A stretch of 64,000 nt of DNA, taken from a virus. Location: positions 12,640 through 76,639 of IMG/VR virus record IMGVR_UViG_3300047472_000231; one strand, 5' to 3'. A model generated the notes under the pieces. It searched no databases and was not told the origin of the DNA. It saw only the letters and a list, made by a program, of their open reading frames with translations. A program made the translations under genes and the position numbers. Each line of letters starts with the position of its first letter. Positions within the stretch are counted from its first letter, which is position 1. Positions 1-8,879 of the stretch are shown one piece after another.

Positions 1-173
1 GTGAACACCCTCAGCAAGACCACGAACGCGCAGCGTGCGATCCAAACACCCCGCTCTTCGTACAAGCCTGTTCCGCCCCGCCGCACACCCGGCGACACGC
101 CTCGCTACAGCCGTGCCGCCGGCCGCGCGCACGGCGACCTCCTCCGCCGCAAGAACACCCGCACGAAGGACCA

Positions 174-2177
174 GTGATGACGACCGAAGCCACCCCTGAG
201 TTCCCCGCCGACTGGGACCTCACGAAGGTGATCCCCGGCGAGCTGCACGTGCCCGACGACCTGTCCGGCGAGGACATCGCGCCCGGCATCGTCGTCCCCT
301 ACGAGCCGCGCCTGCCCGCCCTGCGCACCGCAGGCTCGGCCGCCATGGTCGTCGCCGCGACAACCGGGCGGGCGTGCGGGCTCACCGCCCGCTGGTTCTT
401 CACCGGCACCCGCGCGGTCGGCTTCCTCGGCTGGCGCTACGTCCGCGCCCACGACCTCCAAGAGGTCATCGGCGGCATGTCGAAGGCCGGCGACTGGAAC
501 AAGGTCGACATCGTCCGCAAGAAGCGGTGGCGGATCCTCGGCTGGGCCGCCGGCATCACCGCCGGCCTCAACCTCGCCGGCTGGATAGCCCTCGCCTCCG
601 GTGCGGGCATGGACGCAGGCGGCGCAGCGATGGCCATCCCGCCCACCATCACCGGAGCTGTCGTCGCCGCGGCGGTCACCCTGTACGGCCGCTACCGGAC
701 CAACCGGCCCGAGCTCGCCCCGCAGATGATGATCGCCGATCAGGACGACCCCAACAGCGATGAGCCGTTCCCGCTGGCGCTCGCTACGTCGCCGGGCATG
801 GTCGAGGACTGCGTGTCCCGAGCCCTGGCCTGGGAGGGCATCGACGTCCGGCAGGTTCGCGCGCTCGGCTTCCACGGCAAGTTCTGGGAGATCGACGTGA
901 TCCTCAAGGGCTCCACCCCGGGCAAGGTCAATGCGGTCGCCGAGCAGCTGGACACCCACTTCAACATCAAGCAAGGCGGGACCCTGATCGACCCTGACCC
1001 GCAGCAGTCCGCGCACATCGTGCTGCGCCTCGTCACCGGCAACCCGTTCGACGACATGCCGAAGCCAGCCATCCACGCCCCGAACAGCCTAGACATCACC
1101 CAGGCGCACAACTTCGGCCGGTGCATGGACGGTTCCCTGCTCGACCTCGTCCTCGAGGGCCTGCGGATCCTCGTCATCGGCGTGTCCGGCGCCGCCAAGT
1201 CCACCGGCGTGCTGCGTGACCTCGCCGAGGTCATTACCGCCTGCCACAACGCGATCGCCATCGAGATGGACCCGGTCAAGGACGGGCTGCGTGAGTTCGA
1301 CGGCGCCATGGCCGTCCCGCCGATCCGCGGCACCAAGGCGTGCGAGGAGTGGCTCGAAAACCTGGTGAAGATGGCGAAGGGCCGTCAGGTCGTCCGGAAC
1401 CGGCTCAACATGGGCGACACGTGGGTGGCCACCCGGGAACGCCCGGCGATCTTCGCGCTGGTTGATGAGTTTATCTACCTCAGCCCCCGAGGGAAGGAGC
1501 TGTTCATCGAGCTTCTGCGGCTGGGGAAGCAGTCTGGGATCTACCCGATCGCCGCCGGGCAGGACGCCACCTCCGACGCCATGGGTGATGCGATCGCCGA
1601 CTCCTTCACCCTGCAGGTCATGCTCGCCTCCCGGTGGGACGACATCCGCATCGTGTTCGGGCAAGGTGCCGCCGCGAAGGGCTTCCGCCCCGACCGGCTT
1701 GTGCCCGCCCAGAACCGGCAGATAAAGAACGACGCCGGCCAGTCCTACATCAAGGGCCCCGGTCTGGATCGGCCGCTGCTGTACGGGTGGAACGAGCACA
1801 GCGGCGAGGCGATCAAGCGTGCCGTCGAAGCCCGCAAGCAGGCGGGGCGGCCGTGGTTCGACCGGGACACCCTCGCCGCCGCCGGCCTCCTGCACCTGGC
1901 CGATGGCGGGGCGGGGGAGCGGATCATAGGGGACCGGAAGATCGCGGCCGACTGCATGGCGGTCATGGCTGACGCGGGCGTGGACCGGATGAAGACCGAG
2001 GCGCTCGCCGAGGCGCTCGCCCAGTTCGCTCCGGACGCATACGGAGATCTGACGGCCGCCGAGCTGCGGGCGCTGCTGAAGGCGGCTGGGGCCGGGTCAC
2101 CGGTGACCCTCGGCTACCTCAACGGCGAGAACAACCCGCGCGGATTCAAGCTCGAAGCCCTGACTGCTTTGACCTAG
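174..2177 (+). CDS. TraB-like FtsK/SpoIIIE-family DNA translocase
   Basis: Two N-terminal hydrophobic segments; variant Walker A GVSGAAKST; Walker B FALVDEF; C-terminal wHTH-like tail (RMKTEALAEAL...NPRGFKLEAL) as in Streptomyces plasmid TraB. Confidence 0.8.
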   Translation: MMTTEATPEFPADWDLTKVIPGELHVPDDLSGEDIAPGIVVPYEPRLPALRTAGSAAMVVAATTGRACGLTARWFFTGTRAVGFLGWRYVRAHDLQEVIGGMSKAGDWNKVDIVRKKRWRILGWAAGITAGLNLAGWIALASGAGMDAGGAAMAIPPTITGAVVAAAVTLYGRYRTNRPELAPQMMIADQDDPNSDEPFPLALATSPGMVEDCVSRALAWEGIDVRQVRALGFHGKFWEIDVILKGSTPGKVNAVAEQLDTHFNIKQGGTLIDPDPQQSAHIVLRLVTGNPFDDMPKPAIHAPNSLDITQAHNFGRCMDGSLLDLVLEGLRILVIGVSGAAKSTGVLRDLAEVITACHNAIAIEMDPVKDGLREFDGAMAVPPIRGTKACEEWLENLVKMAKGRQVVRNRLNMGDTWVATRERPAIFALVDEFIYLSPRGKELFIELLRLGKQSGIYPIAAGQDATSDAMGDAIADSFTLQVMLASRWDDIRIVFGQGAAAKGFRPDRLVPAQNRQIKNDAGQSYIKGPGLDRPLLYGWNEHSGEAIKRAVEARKQAGRPWFDRDTLAAAGLLHLADGGAGERIIGDRKIAADCMAVMADAGVDRMKTEALAEALAQFAPDAYGDLTAAELRALLKAAGAGSPVTLGYLNGENNPRGFKLEALTALT

Positions 2178-2186
2178 AAAGTCCCC

Positions 2187-2338
2187 TGCTCAAGAGGTGC
2201 TCAACACTGCTCAACCGCAGGTCAGAGCCGCTCAATCACCTGCTCAAGCACGTGCTCAGCGAGATCGTGAGCAGGGCCTGAGCGGCACCTTGAGCGGCTG
2301 TGACCTGCAACGGAGCACCCCTGAGCAGTCGTTGAGCA
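2187..2338. repeat. Symmetric array of 12 YGCTCA(A/G)-type repeats (six forward, six inverted); clt-like cis-acting transfer locus candidate
   Basis: Forward copies at 2187, 2198, 2208, 2229, 2241, 2253; inverted copies at 2267, 2278, 2290, 2311 (degenerate), 2321, 2332; GCAGGTCA at 2217-2224 mirrored by TGACCTGC at 2301-2308. Confidence 0.8.
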
Positions 2339-2385
2339 CCTCGCAAACCATCACAAACCGATCACCTGTCCGAGGAGCCCCGATC

Positions 2386-3162
2386 ATGCCCGCGAAGCGT
2401 CAGCCGGCCCGCCGGACCACCCCGGCGAAGCGCCGCAAGCCGTCCGCCCGCAACCACCCCGCCCGCCGCGTCAAGATCCCCCGCAAGGGCCCGCTGCACC
2501 ACCAAATCGGCGCCCGCATGGTCCTGTTCGCCGTCTCCCACCTCGACACCCACGGCGACACCGTCCGCTCCCGCAAAGACGCCGCCATCCTCCGCGCCAC
2601 CCACAAGGGCTGCACCACCTGCCAGGGCAACGGGCAGATCTTCACCAAGGGCAAAGACGGCTCCTTCACCGGCTCCAAGCCCTGCCCAGCCAAACCCACC
2701 AAGGAGCGCGTCTCTCGGTGGGAGGTGTACAAGGCCAGCCGCTTCGGCGCCGACAAGAACACCGGTCTCGTCGGCTGGGCCTGCCCCTGCGGCAAGAAGG
2801 AGAAGCCCCGCTACCGCGACGCGAAGGAAGCCACCAAGGCCCTGCGCACCCACGAACGGCAGAAGCATGGCGGCAAGAGCGTCGGAGGCGCCTGGTACGC
2901 GCAGGCCACTGAGGGCGCCAAGCAGGCTGCAGACCCGAAGCCCGAGCCGATGCCGTCAAAGGTCGTCCCCAACTCCGGCATGACCGACGAGCAGTGGGTC
3001 GGCCAGAACAAGGGCATGCCCGTCGGTAAGGCCATCGCCAAGGGCAAGTGCTGGAAGTGCTCCGGCGAAGGCAAGCTCCACGGGACCTTCGGCAACGAGC
3101 AGATCCTTACCGTCTGCCCGGAATGCAGGGGCAGCGGCAAGCCGACGAAGGTCGCCGCCTGA
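2386..3162 (+). CDS. Basic Cys-rich protein with DnaJ-type CxxCxGxG zinc-finger repeats
   Basis: GAGGAG RBS before ATG 2386; CTTCQGNG, CWKCSGEG, CPECRGSG. Confidence 0.7.
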   Translation: MPAKRQPARRTTPAKRRKPSARNHPARRVKIPRKGPLHHQIGARMVLFAVSHLDTHGDTVRSRKDAAILRATHKGCTTCQGNGQIFTKGKDGSFTGSKPCPAKPTKERVSRWEVYKASRFGADKNTGLVGWACPCGKKEKPRYRDAKEATKALRTHERQKHGGKSVGGAWYAQATEGAKQAADPKPEPMPSKVVPNSGMTDEQWVGQNKGMPVGKAIAKGKCWKCSGEGKLHGTFGNEQILTVCPECRGSGKPTKVAA

Positions 3163-3668
3163 TGATCGCGCTCACCACGGCCAATACAGCCGCCGCCCCG
3201 GTCGAACTCGACCTGGACGCGCGGCTCGCCATGGTGGGCGCGGTCATGGATGAACGCTGCAACCTTGCCGTCCTCGCCGTCGACGTGAACAGCGCGCACA
3301 TCGTCACACCCGAACTCTCTCAGGTCACGGGCCCGTTGCCCCTCGTGCCCACCATGGCACCCAACCCGTACTCCACGCCGATCGCCGCCACCCTCCATCG
3401 GGCTCGCCTCCAGCTCGACGCCGACGGCTGGTGCACCGGGCAGCTGCGCGACGAGCAAGGCGCCGCATGCCTGATCGGCGTCATCCGCAGCGAAGCCAGC
3501 AGTCGCAGCACGGCAGATGATGCGTGCGTCCTGCTGCTGGAGGCGATCCGTAGGGACTTCCCCACCGCCGAAACCGTGCCCAGCTGGAACGACAACCAGC
3601 GCGACCCGCGCATCCCCGCCCGCTACCTCGAGCGGGCCGCCGAACTCGCCCACAACCGCAACCTCTAA
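3162..3668 (+). CDS. Actinophage hypothetical protein (DUF6197-like; GWCTG...CLIG...WND)
   Basis: ATG overlaps the previous stop; motif shared with 49141-49515 and 50950-51309. Confidence 0.6.
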   Translation: MIALTTANTAAAPVELDLDARLAMVGAVMDERCNLAVLAVDVNSAHIVTPELSQVTGPLPLVPTMAPNPYSTPIAATLHRARLQLDADGWCTGQLRDEQGAACLIGVIRSEASSRSTADDACVLLLEAIRRDFPTAETVPSWNDNQRDPRIPARYLERAAELAHNRNL

Positions 3669-3684
3669 CCCGACAGGAACCGCC

Positions 3685-3906
3685 ATGCCCAAGCCCACCG
3701 CCGAACAGCTCCGCGTCGACGCCGAGGAGAACGAACTCCTCGCCGCGTTCCGCCGCGCCCAAGCCGACCTCTACGCCAACGCCGCCCGCGAATCGGCCGC
3801 CGGAATCTTCCACGAAACCCCGGAGTATCTGCGCCTCAACCAGGCCGTCATCGACGCCGGACGGAAGCTGCCCAAGGGGCTCAAGCGCCTCGCCAAGGAC
3901 ATCTGA
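3685..3906 (+). CDS. Hypothetical protein
   Basis: AGGA RBS; GC3-rich codons. Confidence 0.55.
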   Translation: MPKPTAEQLRVDAEENELLAAFRRAQADLYANAARESAAGIFHETPEYLRLNQAVIDAGRKLPKGLKRLAKDI

Positions 3907-4040
3907 CCTGCCGCGCGATCGCGCCCCCGGCCGATCCGGTCGGGGGCGTTCTGCTCGAACCGGTGGAACATCCGCCATCCCGCCGCCCACCAGCATCAAC
4001 CGCCGATAGCCTGCCGACTCCACACATCCCTGGGGGGACC

Positions 4041-4403
4041 ATGACGAACGACCTGCCACCGATGCCCGACACGCCGCCTATGCCCGCGCACGCACCGAAG
4101 CCCGCGGCTAAGAGACGCCTCCCGCTGATCATTGTCGCCATCCTGGCGGTCGCCCTCGCTATCGGCGGGACCGTCTACTGGGTCAGCCGGCCGTCCTACG
4201 ACGACATCGTGAAGGGCTGCCAGAAGGCGCTCGCCGCCCAGTCGAAGGCAGGCGGGAAGGGCAAGCCCGACGCGTGCAAGGACGTGAAGAAGGACGACTA
4301 CGACACGCTCGTAATCGCCAGCGTGATCGACGGCATGTCCAAGACGGACCGGGACACGCTCGACTACTACGACGACGGTTCGATCAACGGCAGCCTCAAC
4401 TGA
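4041..4403 (+). CDS. Membrane-anchored or secreted small protein
   Basis: Single TM (LPLIIVAILAVALAIGGTVYWV); two Cys. Confidence 0.6.
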   Translation: MTNDLPPMPDTPPMPAHAPKPAAKRRLPLIIVAILAVALAIGGTVYWVSRPSYDDIVKGCQKALAAQSKAGGKGKPDACKDVKKDDYDTLVIASVIDGMSKTDRDTLDYYDDGSINGSLN

Positions 4404-4415
4404 CGGATTACAGCG

Positions 4416-4450
4416 AGGCCCCGCTCCCGGGTGTCGGGGGCGGGGCCTTC
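4416..4450. terminator. GC-rich hairpin, likely terminator between convergent units
   Basis: GAGGCCCCGCTCCC...GGGGGCGGGGCCTTC. Confidence 0.5.
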
Positions 4451-4658
4451 GTTGTGCGGGCGGGGACGGCGCGGGCCATCCACCCGTTGCTGATCATGTC
4501 GGTGGGCGGCATCTTCTCCCGCAGCCCGAGCGTCAGCAGCAGCTGCAACCCGGCCGCCGTCTCCTGCTCGTCGTCACCCTGCACCGTGAACCGAAGCGCC
4601 ATACCGGCAGTGTGCCCGCGGTGGTGGGGGAGACGGGGCGGAATGCGGGAAGCGGCCG

Positions 4659-4934
4659 TCAGGCGTCGGGTGTCTCGGCTCGCTTGGCTTCGACCTCGCG
4701 GCCGACGGTGGGTTCCCGCTTGCGCTCGGCTCCGACTTTGCGGGCGATGCGACGGAAGAACTCGTCGGACAGGCCGGTGAGTTTGGCGAGTTCGGCGGGG
4801 GTGGATCCCGCGAGCAGGTCAGCCTCGGCGCGCGTGCGGACTTCCTCCAGCTCGGCCTTGGCGGCTTCGTGGTGCCGCTTGTGGCGGGCATAGATCCGCT
4901 GGTTCTCGTCGTCGGGCGTGTGATCGGTGGCCAT
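4659..4934 (-). CDS. Small HTH DNA-binding protein, probable repressor of the divergent promoter
   Basis: STPAELAKLTGLSDEFFRRIA HTH-like; divergent from operator palindromes. Confidence 0.65.
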   Translation of the reverse strand: MATDHTPDDENQRIYARHKRHHEAAKAELEEVRTRAEADLLAGSTPAELAKLTGLSDEFFRRIARKVGAERKREPTVGREVEAKRAETPDA

Positions 4935-5003
4935 GGGCTCATGCTCCCACAACGCGTTGGCCAACGGGAAGGCCACTCGGGTTGGCGGTCCTAAAGAATC
5001 ATT

Positions 5004-5052
5004 GAGGCCAACATGGTGGCCTCTTGCGTGGCCAACAGTTGGCCTCTAGAGT
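5004..5052 (+). promoter_or_regulatory. Housekeeping-sigma-type promoter TTGCGT-N17-TAGAGT with GGCCAAC operator palindromes
   Basis: -35 at 5024-5029, -10 at 5047-5052; GGCCAACAGTTGGCC fills the spacer (5030-5044); second palindrome GAGGCCA-N6-TGGCCTC at 5004-5023. Confidence 0.7.
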
Positions 5053-5058
5053 GGAGCT

Positions 5059-5366
5059 ATCGCCAAGCAAGACGGCGAAACAACTCCACAGAGAGCGAAG
5101 CAGAACCGGGGTAGGGGCGCCGAAAGGCGTACCGGGAATCGACCCGTAAACCCACACTCAGTGGCTAAGCCCCGGGCGAGCGCGATGATAGAGGAACCCT
5201 GCCGCTGTTGGACTGAGGCAGCACTCTGGCCGAGCCGGACACCGCAAGGTGGCCCGTGGGGCATCTGGATTACAGACGGATGCAAGCGCCTAGGTATGGG
5301 TCGTCCCGACATACGGGGACAGCACCGCTCCTATCGCGTGATGAAGGTTGCTTCGCTCTCTGTGGA
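5059..5366 (+). ncRNA. Putative large structured non-coding RNA of unknown class
   Basis: Perfect 18-bp closing stem 5085-5102/5349-5366; nested stems; GNRA hairpins GCGCC-GAAA-GGCGT and CACC-GCAA-GGTG; directly downstream of a promoter. Confidence 0.65.
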
Positions 5367-5395
5367 CCCAGAGGTCCGATCGGGGGGTGGCGAGA

Positions 5396-5881
5396 GTGGA
5401 GCAGCAGGACCAGGAGTACGTCACCTGCCCGAAGTGCAACGGCAAGCAGGGCTTCGATACGTACCGCCACGTCCCCCACAAGCACGTTGGTGGCCTGTGC
5501 TTCGAGTGCGACGGCGACGGTGTCATCCCCGTCGCCAACGCCGCCGCCTACCTCCGCCGCCAGCAGGCCGCCAAGGACGCCCGCCGTACCCGAGAGCAGG
5601 CCCGCGCCGACGAGCGCCAGGCGCAGGAGGACGCAGCCCACGACGCCGCCTTCGACCGCTACGGCGAGGAGTACCGGCTGGTGTACGCGCTGTCCCGCTA
5701 CGACCATCCCGCCACCCTGGCCGCCGTATTCGACCTGAACGCCTACCGGGCAAACGACGCAGCCGCCATGCGCCGCGTCCACGACCGCCTCCCGTACATG
5801 GTCGAGGAAGCCGGACTGGACGGCCTCGGCCTGGAAGAGATCGAAGCACTCGCCGCCGACAGCGAGAACCGCACCAACTGA
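5396..5881 (+). CDS. Hypothetical protein with N-terminal CxxC...CxxC zinc finger
   Basis: CPKCNG...CFECDGDG; G-rich RBS before GTG 5396. Confidence 0.65.
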   Translation: MEQQDQEYVTCPKCNGKQGFDTYRHVPHKHVGGLCFECDGDGVIPVANAAAYLRRQQAAKDARRTREQARADERQAQEDAAHDAAFDRYGEEYRLVYALSRYDHPATLAAVFDLNAYRANDAAAMRRVHDRLPYMVEEAGLDGLGLEEIEALAADSENRTN

Positions 5882-5946
5882 CCCGCCCCGCCCGGCCTTT
5901 CGGGGCTGGGCTTCACCACCGAACCACCGCACCAAGGGGGACCCGA

Positions 5947-6345
5947 ATGCTCGCCACCGCCAAGATCCGTCGCCGCACCCAGGCCGCCGCCCGCACCGCC
6001 CCCAAAGCACTCCGCTACCGGGCCATCAGCGGCAACATCGCGGTCCTCGTCGACGCTGGCACCCTCGTCCGCACCGGCGACATCCTGGCCCGGCTCGGCG
6101 CATCCGACCTCAAGGACGGCTACCAGTCCTGGTACGGCCGCCACGTCAAGAAGGCCTACATCGCCGCCAACGAGCAGCCCCCCGTCCAGGTCTGGGCGCA
6201 GCACCGAACCACCGGCAAGTGGATCCACGTCGCCGTCTACAGCCCCTACGACATCGCCCTCTACGTCGGACTCGTCACCTACAAGCGGACCGCCCACCTT
6301 GCCCAGCCCGCCTTCTTCCAGGCTGCCTACACGGAGGCCGCCTAG
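5947..6345 (+). CDS. Hypothetical protein
   Basis: AAGGGGG RBS before ATG 5947; GC3-rich. Confidence 0.6.
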   Translation: MLATAKIRRRTQAAARTAPKALRYRAISGNIAVLVDAGTLVRTGDILARLGASDLKDGYQSWYGRHVKKAYIAANEQPPVQVWAQHRTTGKWIHVAVYSPYDIALYVGLVTYKRTAHLAQPAFFQAAYTEAA

Positions 6346-6390
6346 ACCAACTTCACGGCCCGGTTCGCCCCTCGCTTTCAGGAGTCCGCC

Positions 6391-6750
6391 ATGCCTAACC
6401 TCGACGAGACCCAGCCGTTCACCGTGGACGTCAACTCCGCCCGGATCGGCCGCTACGCCACCGCCGAGGAGGCGTACAAGACGGCCCGCTCCTACCTGGC
6501 GACGGCGGAGGCGGGCAGTCCCATCGCGTTCGCCGACGAGTTCGGGCACGCGCGGTCCTTCACCCGCATCTCGATCATCGAAATCTTCCGGTGGAATCCG
6601 ATCACCGGCGAGCGTGTCCGGCATGCGCGCAGTTGGCGGCGCACCTGGCCGGCTCCCTGCTCCGCCGACGTCGGCCCCCTCACGCCCCTGCCCAGGGACT
6701 GGCACCTCTGCGACCTGCCCGCCGACTGGTACGACGGAGCCCCGCAGTGA
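6391..6750 (+). CDS. Hypothetical protein
   Basis: AGGAG RBS. Confidence 0.55.
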   Translation: MPNLDETQPFTVDVNSARIGRYATAEEAYKTARSYLATAEAGSPIAFADEFGHARSFTRISIIEIFRWNPITGERVRHARSWRRTWPAPCSADVGPLTPLPRDWHLCDLPADWYDGAPQ

Positions 6751-7247
6751 TCGCCCGCGCGGCTCGCGCTCGTCTGCGCAGGAGGCCCGTGATGCGCACC
6801 CAGACCTCCGGCCTGTGCCTGCTCCTGTCGCTGCTGTTCGCGTGGTGCGTCCTCGCCCCGCACAACGTGCACGCCGTAACCCCGCAGCCCGCCGTCACCG
6901 TCACCACCCCGTAAGGAGAACCCGATGGCTGCCCCGACCGAACCCGCCCCGAAGCCCGCCATCCCGGGCGAGGAGACCGCTGCCGAGGTCCGCCGCGCCG
7001 ACCGCGACTACTGGGTCGACCGCGACTGGGACGGCGAGTACGACGACCCGTCCGACCACTACTACTACTGAGGGGCCTCCATGCAGGTCATCAAAGTTGC
7101 CGACGACGGCACCGTCACCATCGAACTCACCGCCCGCGACGTGCGAGACGTCCACCGCGACCTGGAAGAGATTCCCTGGCCTGACCTGTCGCTGGCCAGC
7201 CAGAACCTGCGGCGACACCTCGAGGCGCAGCAGGCGGGGGGCGGGGC

Positions 7248-7481
7248 GTGAGCGCCGAACCGACCGGCATTCCCGCCGGCCCGATCGAATCCGAACCCCT
7301 CGACTACCGGCCGCATGTTGAGCAGGAGGCCATCCTCCGCGACGTGCTGGCCGCCGCCGGAGTCGAACTCGGCGCCTATGACGAACGGATCGTCCGCTGG
7401 TTCGCCGGCTATGCGGACTGGTCGACGTTCGCCGTCATCGCGTCCTGGATCCAGCGGGCAGCTGCCGACACCCGCCGATGA
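7248..7481 (+). CDS. Hypothetical protein
   Basis: GVELGAYDERIVRW motif; coupled to the upstream small ORF; followed by hairpin 7495-7523. Confidence 0.55.
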   Translation: MSAEPTGIPAGPIESEPLDYRPHVEQEAILRDVLAAAGVELGAYDERIVRWFAGYADWSTFAVIASWIQRAAADTRR

Positions 7482-7532
7482 CCCGCACCGTGCAGGGCCC
7501 GCCTCCAGTCTGGGGCGGGCCCTGTGGCGCGC

Positions 7533-7766
7533 TCACGGCGTTGTCGCTCTCGCCGCCTGGCGCCGCTGCCACCACCGCCAGCCTGCCCGCGGCGCCTCCC
7601 AATACACGGCCCGCAGGATCCAGTAGCCCGCGTACAGCATCCAGAGCATCAGCTTGAACATGCCGACGATCGCCGCAATCCCCAGCCCGAAGAAGCCGGA
7701 CGCGGCACGCCCAGGCGAGGCCGACACCCTGAGCGGGCCGATCCCGCCCGACAGTCGAATCCCCAT
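7533..7766 (-). CDS. Small membrane protein
   Basis: MGIRLSGGIGPLRVS followed by a hydrophobic/Trp-rich segment; GGGGGG RBS. Confidence 0.5.
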   Translation of the reverse strand: MGIRLSGGIGPLRVSASPGRAASGFFGLGIAAIVGMFKLMLWMLYAGYWILRAVYWEAPRAGWRWWQRRQAARATTP

Positions 7767-8091
7767 CGCAATCCCCCCAACAAGCGCACGCACCCCCGCG
7801 CGCGGTCCGCGGATGCTACCGCCGACGGCCGCGCGCCTGACGGGTCTTCGCCGCTTTCCGCCCCATAAGGGATCGCTGCGGCCACGTCCGGCCCGCGTTG
7901 CTGATCCTCGCCGCCTTGGACTCGCTCGCACCCTTGCGGCGCAGTGCGCGGTACACCGCGAAGCGGCTTCGGTACACGAAGCCGGCGCGTCCGCCTCGAT
8001 CCGAGACCATCTCTACTCCTTCCGTCGCCTTCAATGCTGCCCCCGCGACAGGCGTTGCGGTAGCGGAGTAGCGACTAATGTGCGCCGATGT

Positions 8092-8106
8092 CCTACGATT
8101 CGAAGG
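8092..8106. promoter_or_regulatory. Late-gene palindrome CCTACGATTCGAAGG upstream of the small terminase
   Basis: Near-identical copies at 11277-11291 and 35543-35557. Confidence 0.6.
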
Positions 8107-8154
8107 TGAAGGTGATGTAATTTTGAAGAATCGACGGGACGAGGAGGGTGGGGG

Positions 8155-8754
8155 ATGGCTGCAGGACCCGGCCCGTACAACCGGAAGAACCCTGCCGAGC
8201 AAGCCGAGAAGGCCGCAATCGTCTTCCAACTCAAGCTCGACGGGCACTCCTTCCGTGCCATCGAAGCGATCACCGCCGCCCCCGACGGGCCCACCCGCGG
8301 AGACCGCATCCCCTGGACCACCGCCCGAGACCTCCTGCGCGAAGAGCTCGCCCGCCGCGTCGACCCGAAGATCGACCAGTACCGGGCCCTCCACCTCGAA
8401 CGCCTCGAAGGCGAGTTGGTCCGTCTCAACGAGCTGGAGGAGCGCGCCAAGCTCGTCCTCGGCCGGCATCACATCACCGTCAACAACGGCCGCGTCATCG
8501 CCGTCGACGGCGAACCCCTCCAGGACGACGGCCCCGTCCTCGCCGCCATCGACCGCCTCATCAAGATCGAAGACGCCCGGCGCAAGAACAACGAATCCCA
8601 GCGCAAACTCCTCGGCCTCGACGCCCCCACCAAGGTCGACGCCCAAGTCACCGAAGTCACGCAGCAGGACATCGAGCTCGCCGAGCTCGTGCGTGAAGCG
8701 CAGGCAAAGAGCGCCGTCAAAGAGGCAGCGATCAAGGGCGAATTGGACGCATGA
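8155..8754 (+). CDS. Terminase small subunit
   Basis: N-terminal HTH (GHSFRAI), C-terminal RKLLGLDAP motif; upstream of the large terminase. Confidence 0.75.
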   Translation: MAAGPGPYNRKNPAEQAEKAAIVFQLKLDGHSFRAIEAITAAPDGPTRGDRIPWTTARDLLREELARRVDPKIDQYRALHLERLEGELVRLNELEERAKLVLGRHHITVNNGRVIAVDGEPLQDDGPVLAAIDRLIKIEDARRKNNESQRKLLGLDAPTKVDAQVTEVTQQDIELAELVREAQAKSAVKEAAIKGELDA

Positions 8755-8879
8755 CTCTCATGCAAACTCGCCCAACTCCCGCTCTGAGCTGGGACAATGG
8801 AGTCACACCTAAATACGGAAGACCCCGGCGGATGCTGGAAACACCCCCGGGGCATGGCCGATCTGCGAAGGAGATCGAC

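Noticed and set aside
2187-2338. CRISPR array
   Set aside because: Units are only 7 bp with 3-15 bp gaps and invert midway; no cas operon (the 53250 nuclease is an ordinary phage exonuclease)
5085-5366. Group II intron, RNase P RNA or retron msr-msd identity for the structured region
   Set aside because: Short words recall those RNAs (GAGGAAC, CTAGGTAT, TGATGAAGG; ACAGAGAGC), but no domain V, no ordered RNase P conserved regions and no reverse transcriptase were found in the window
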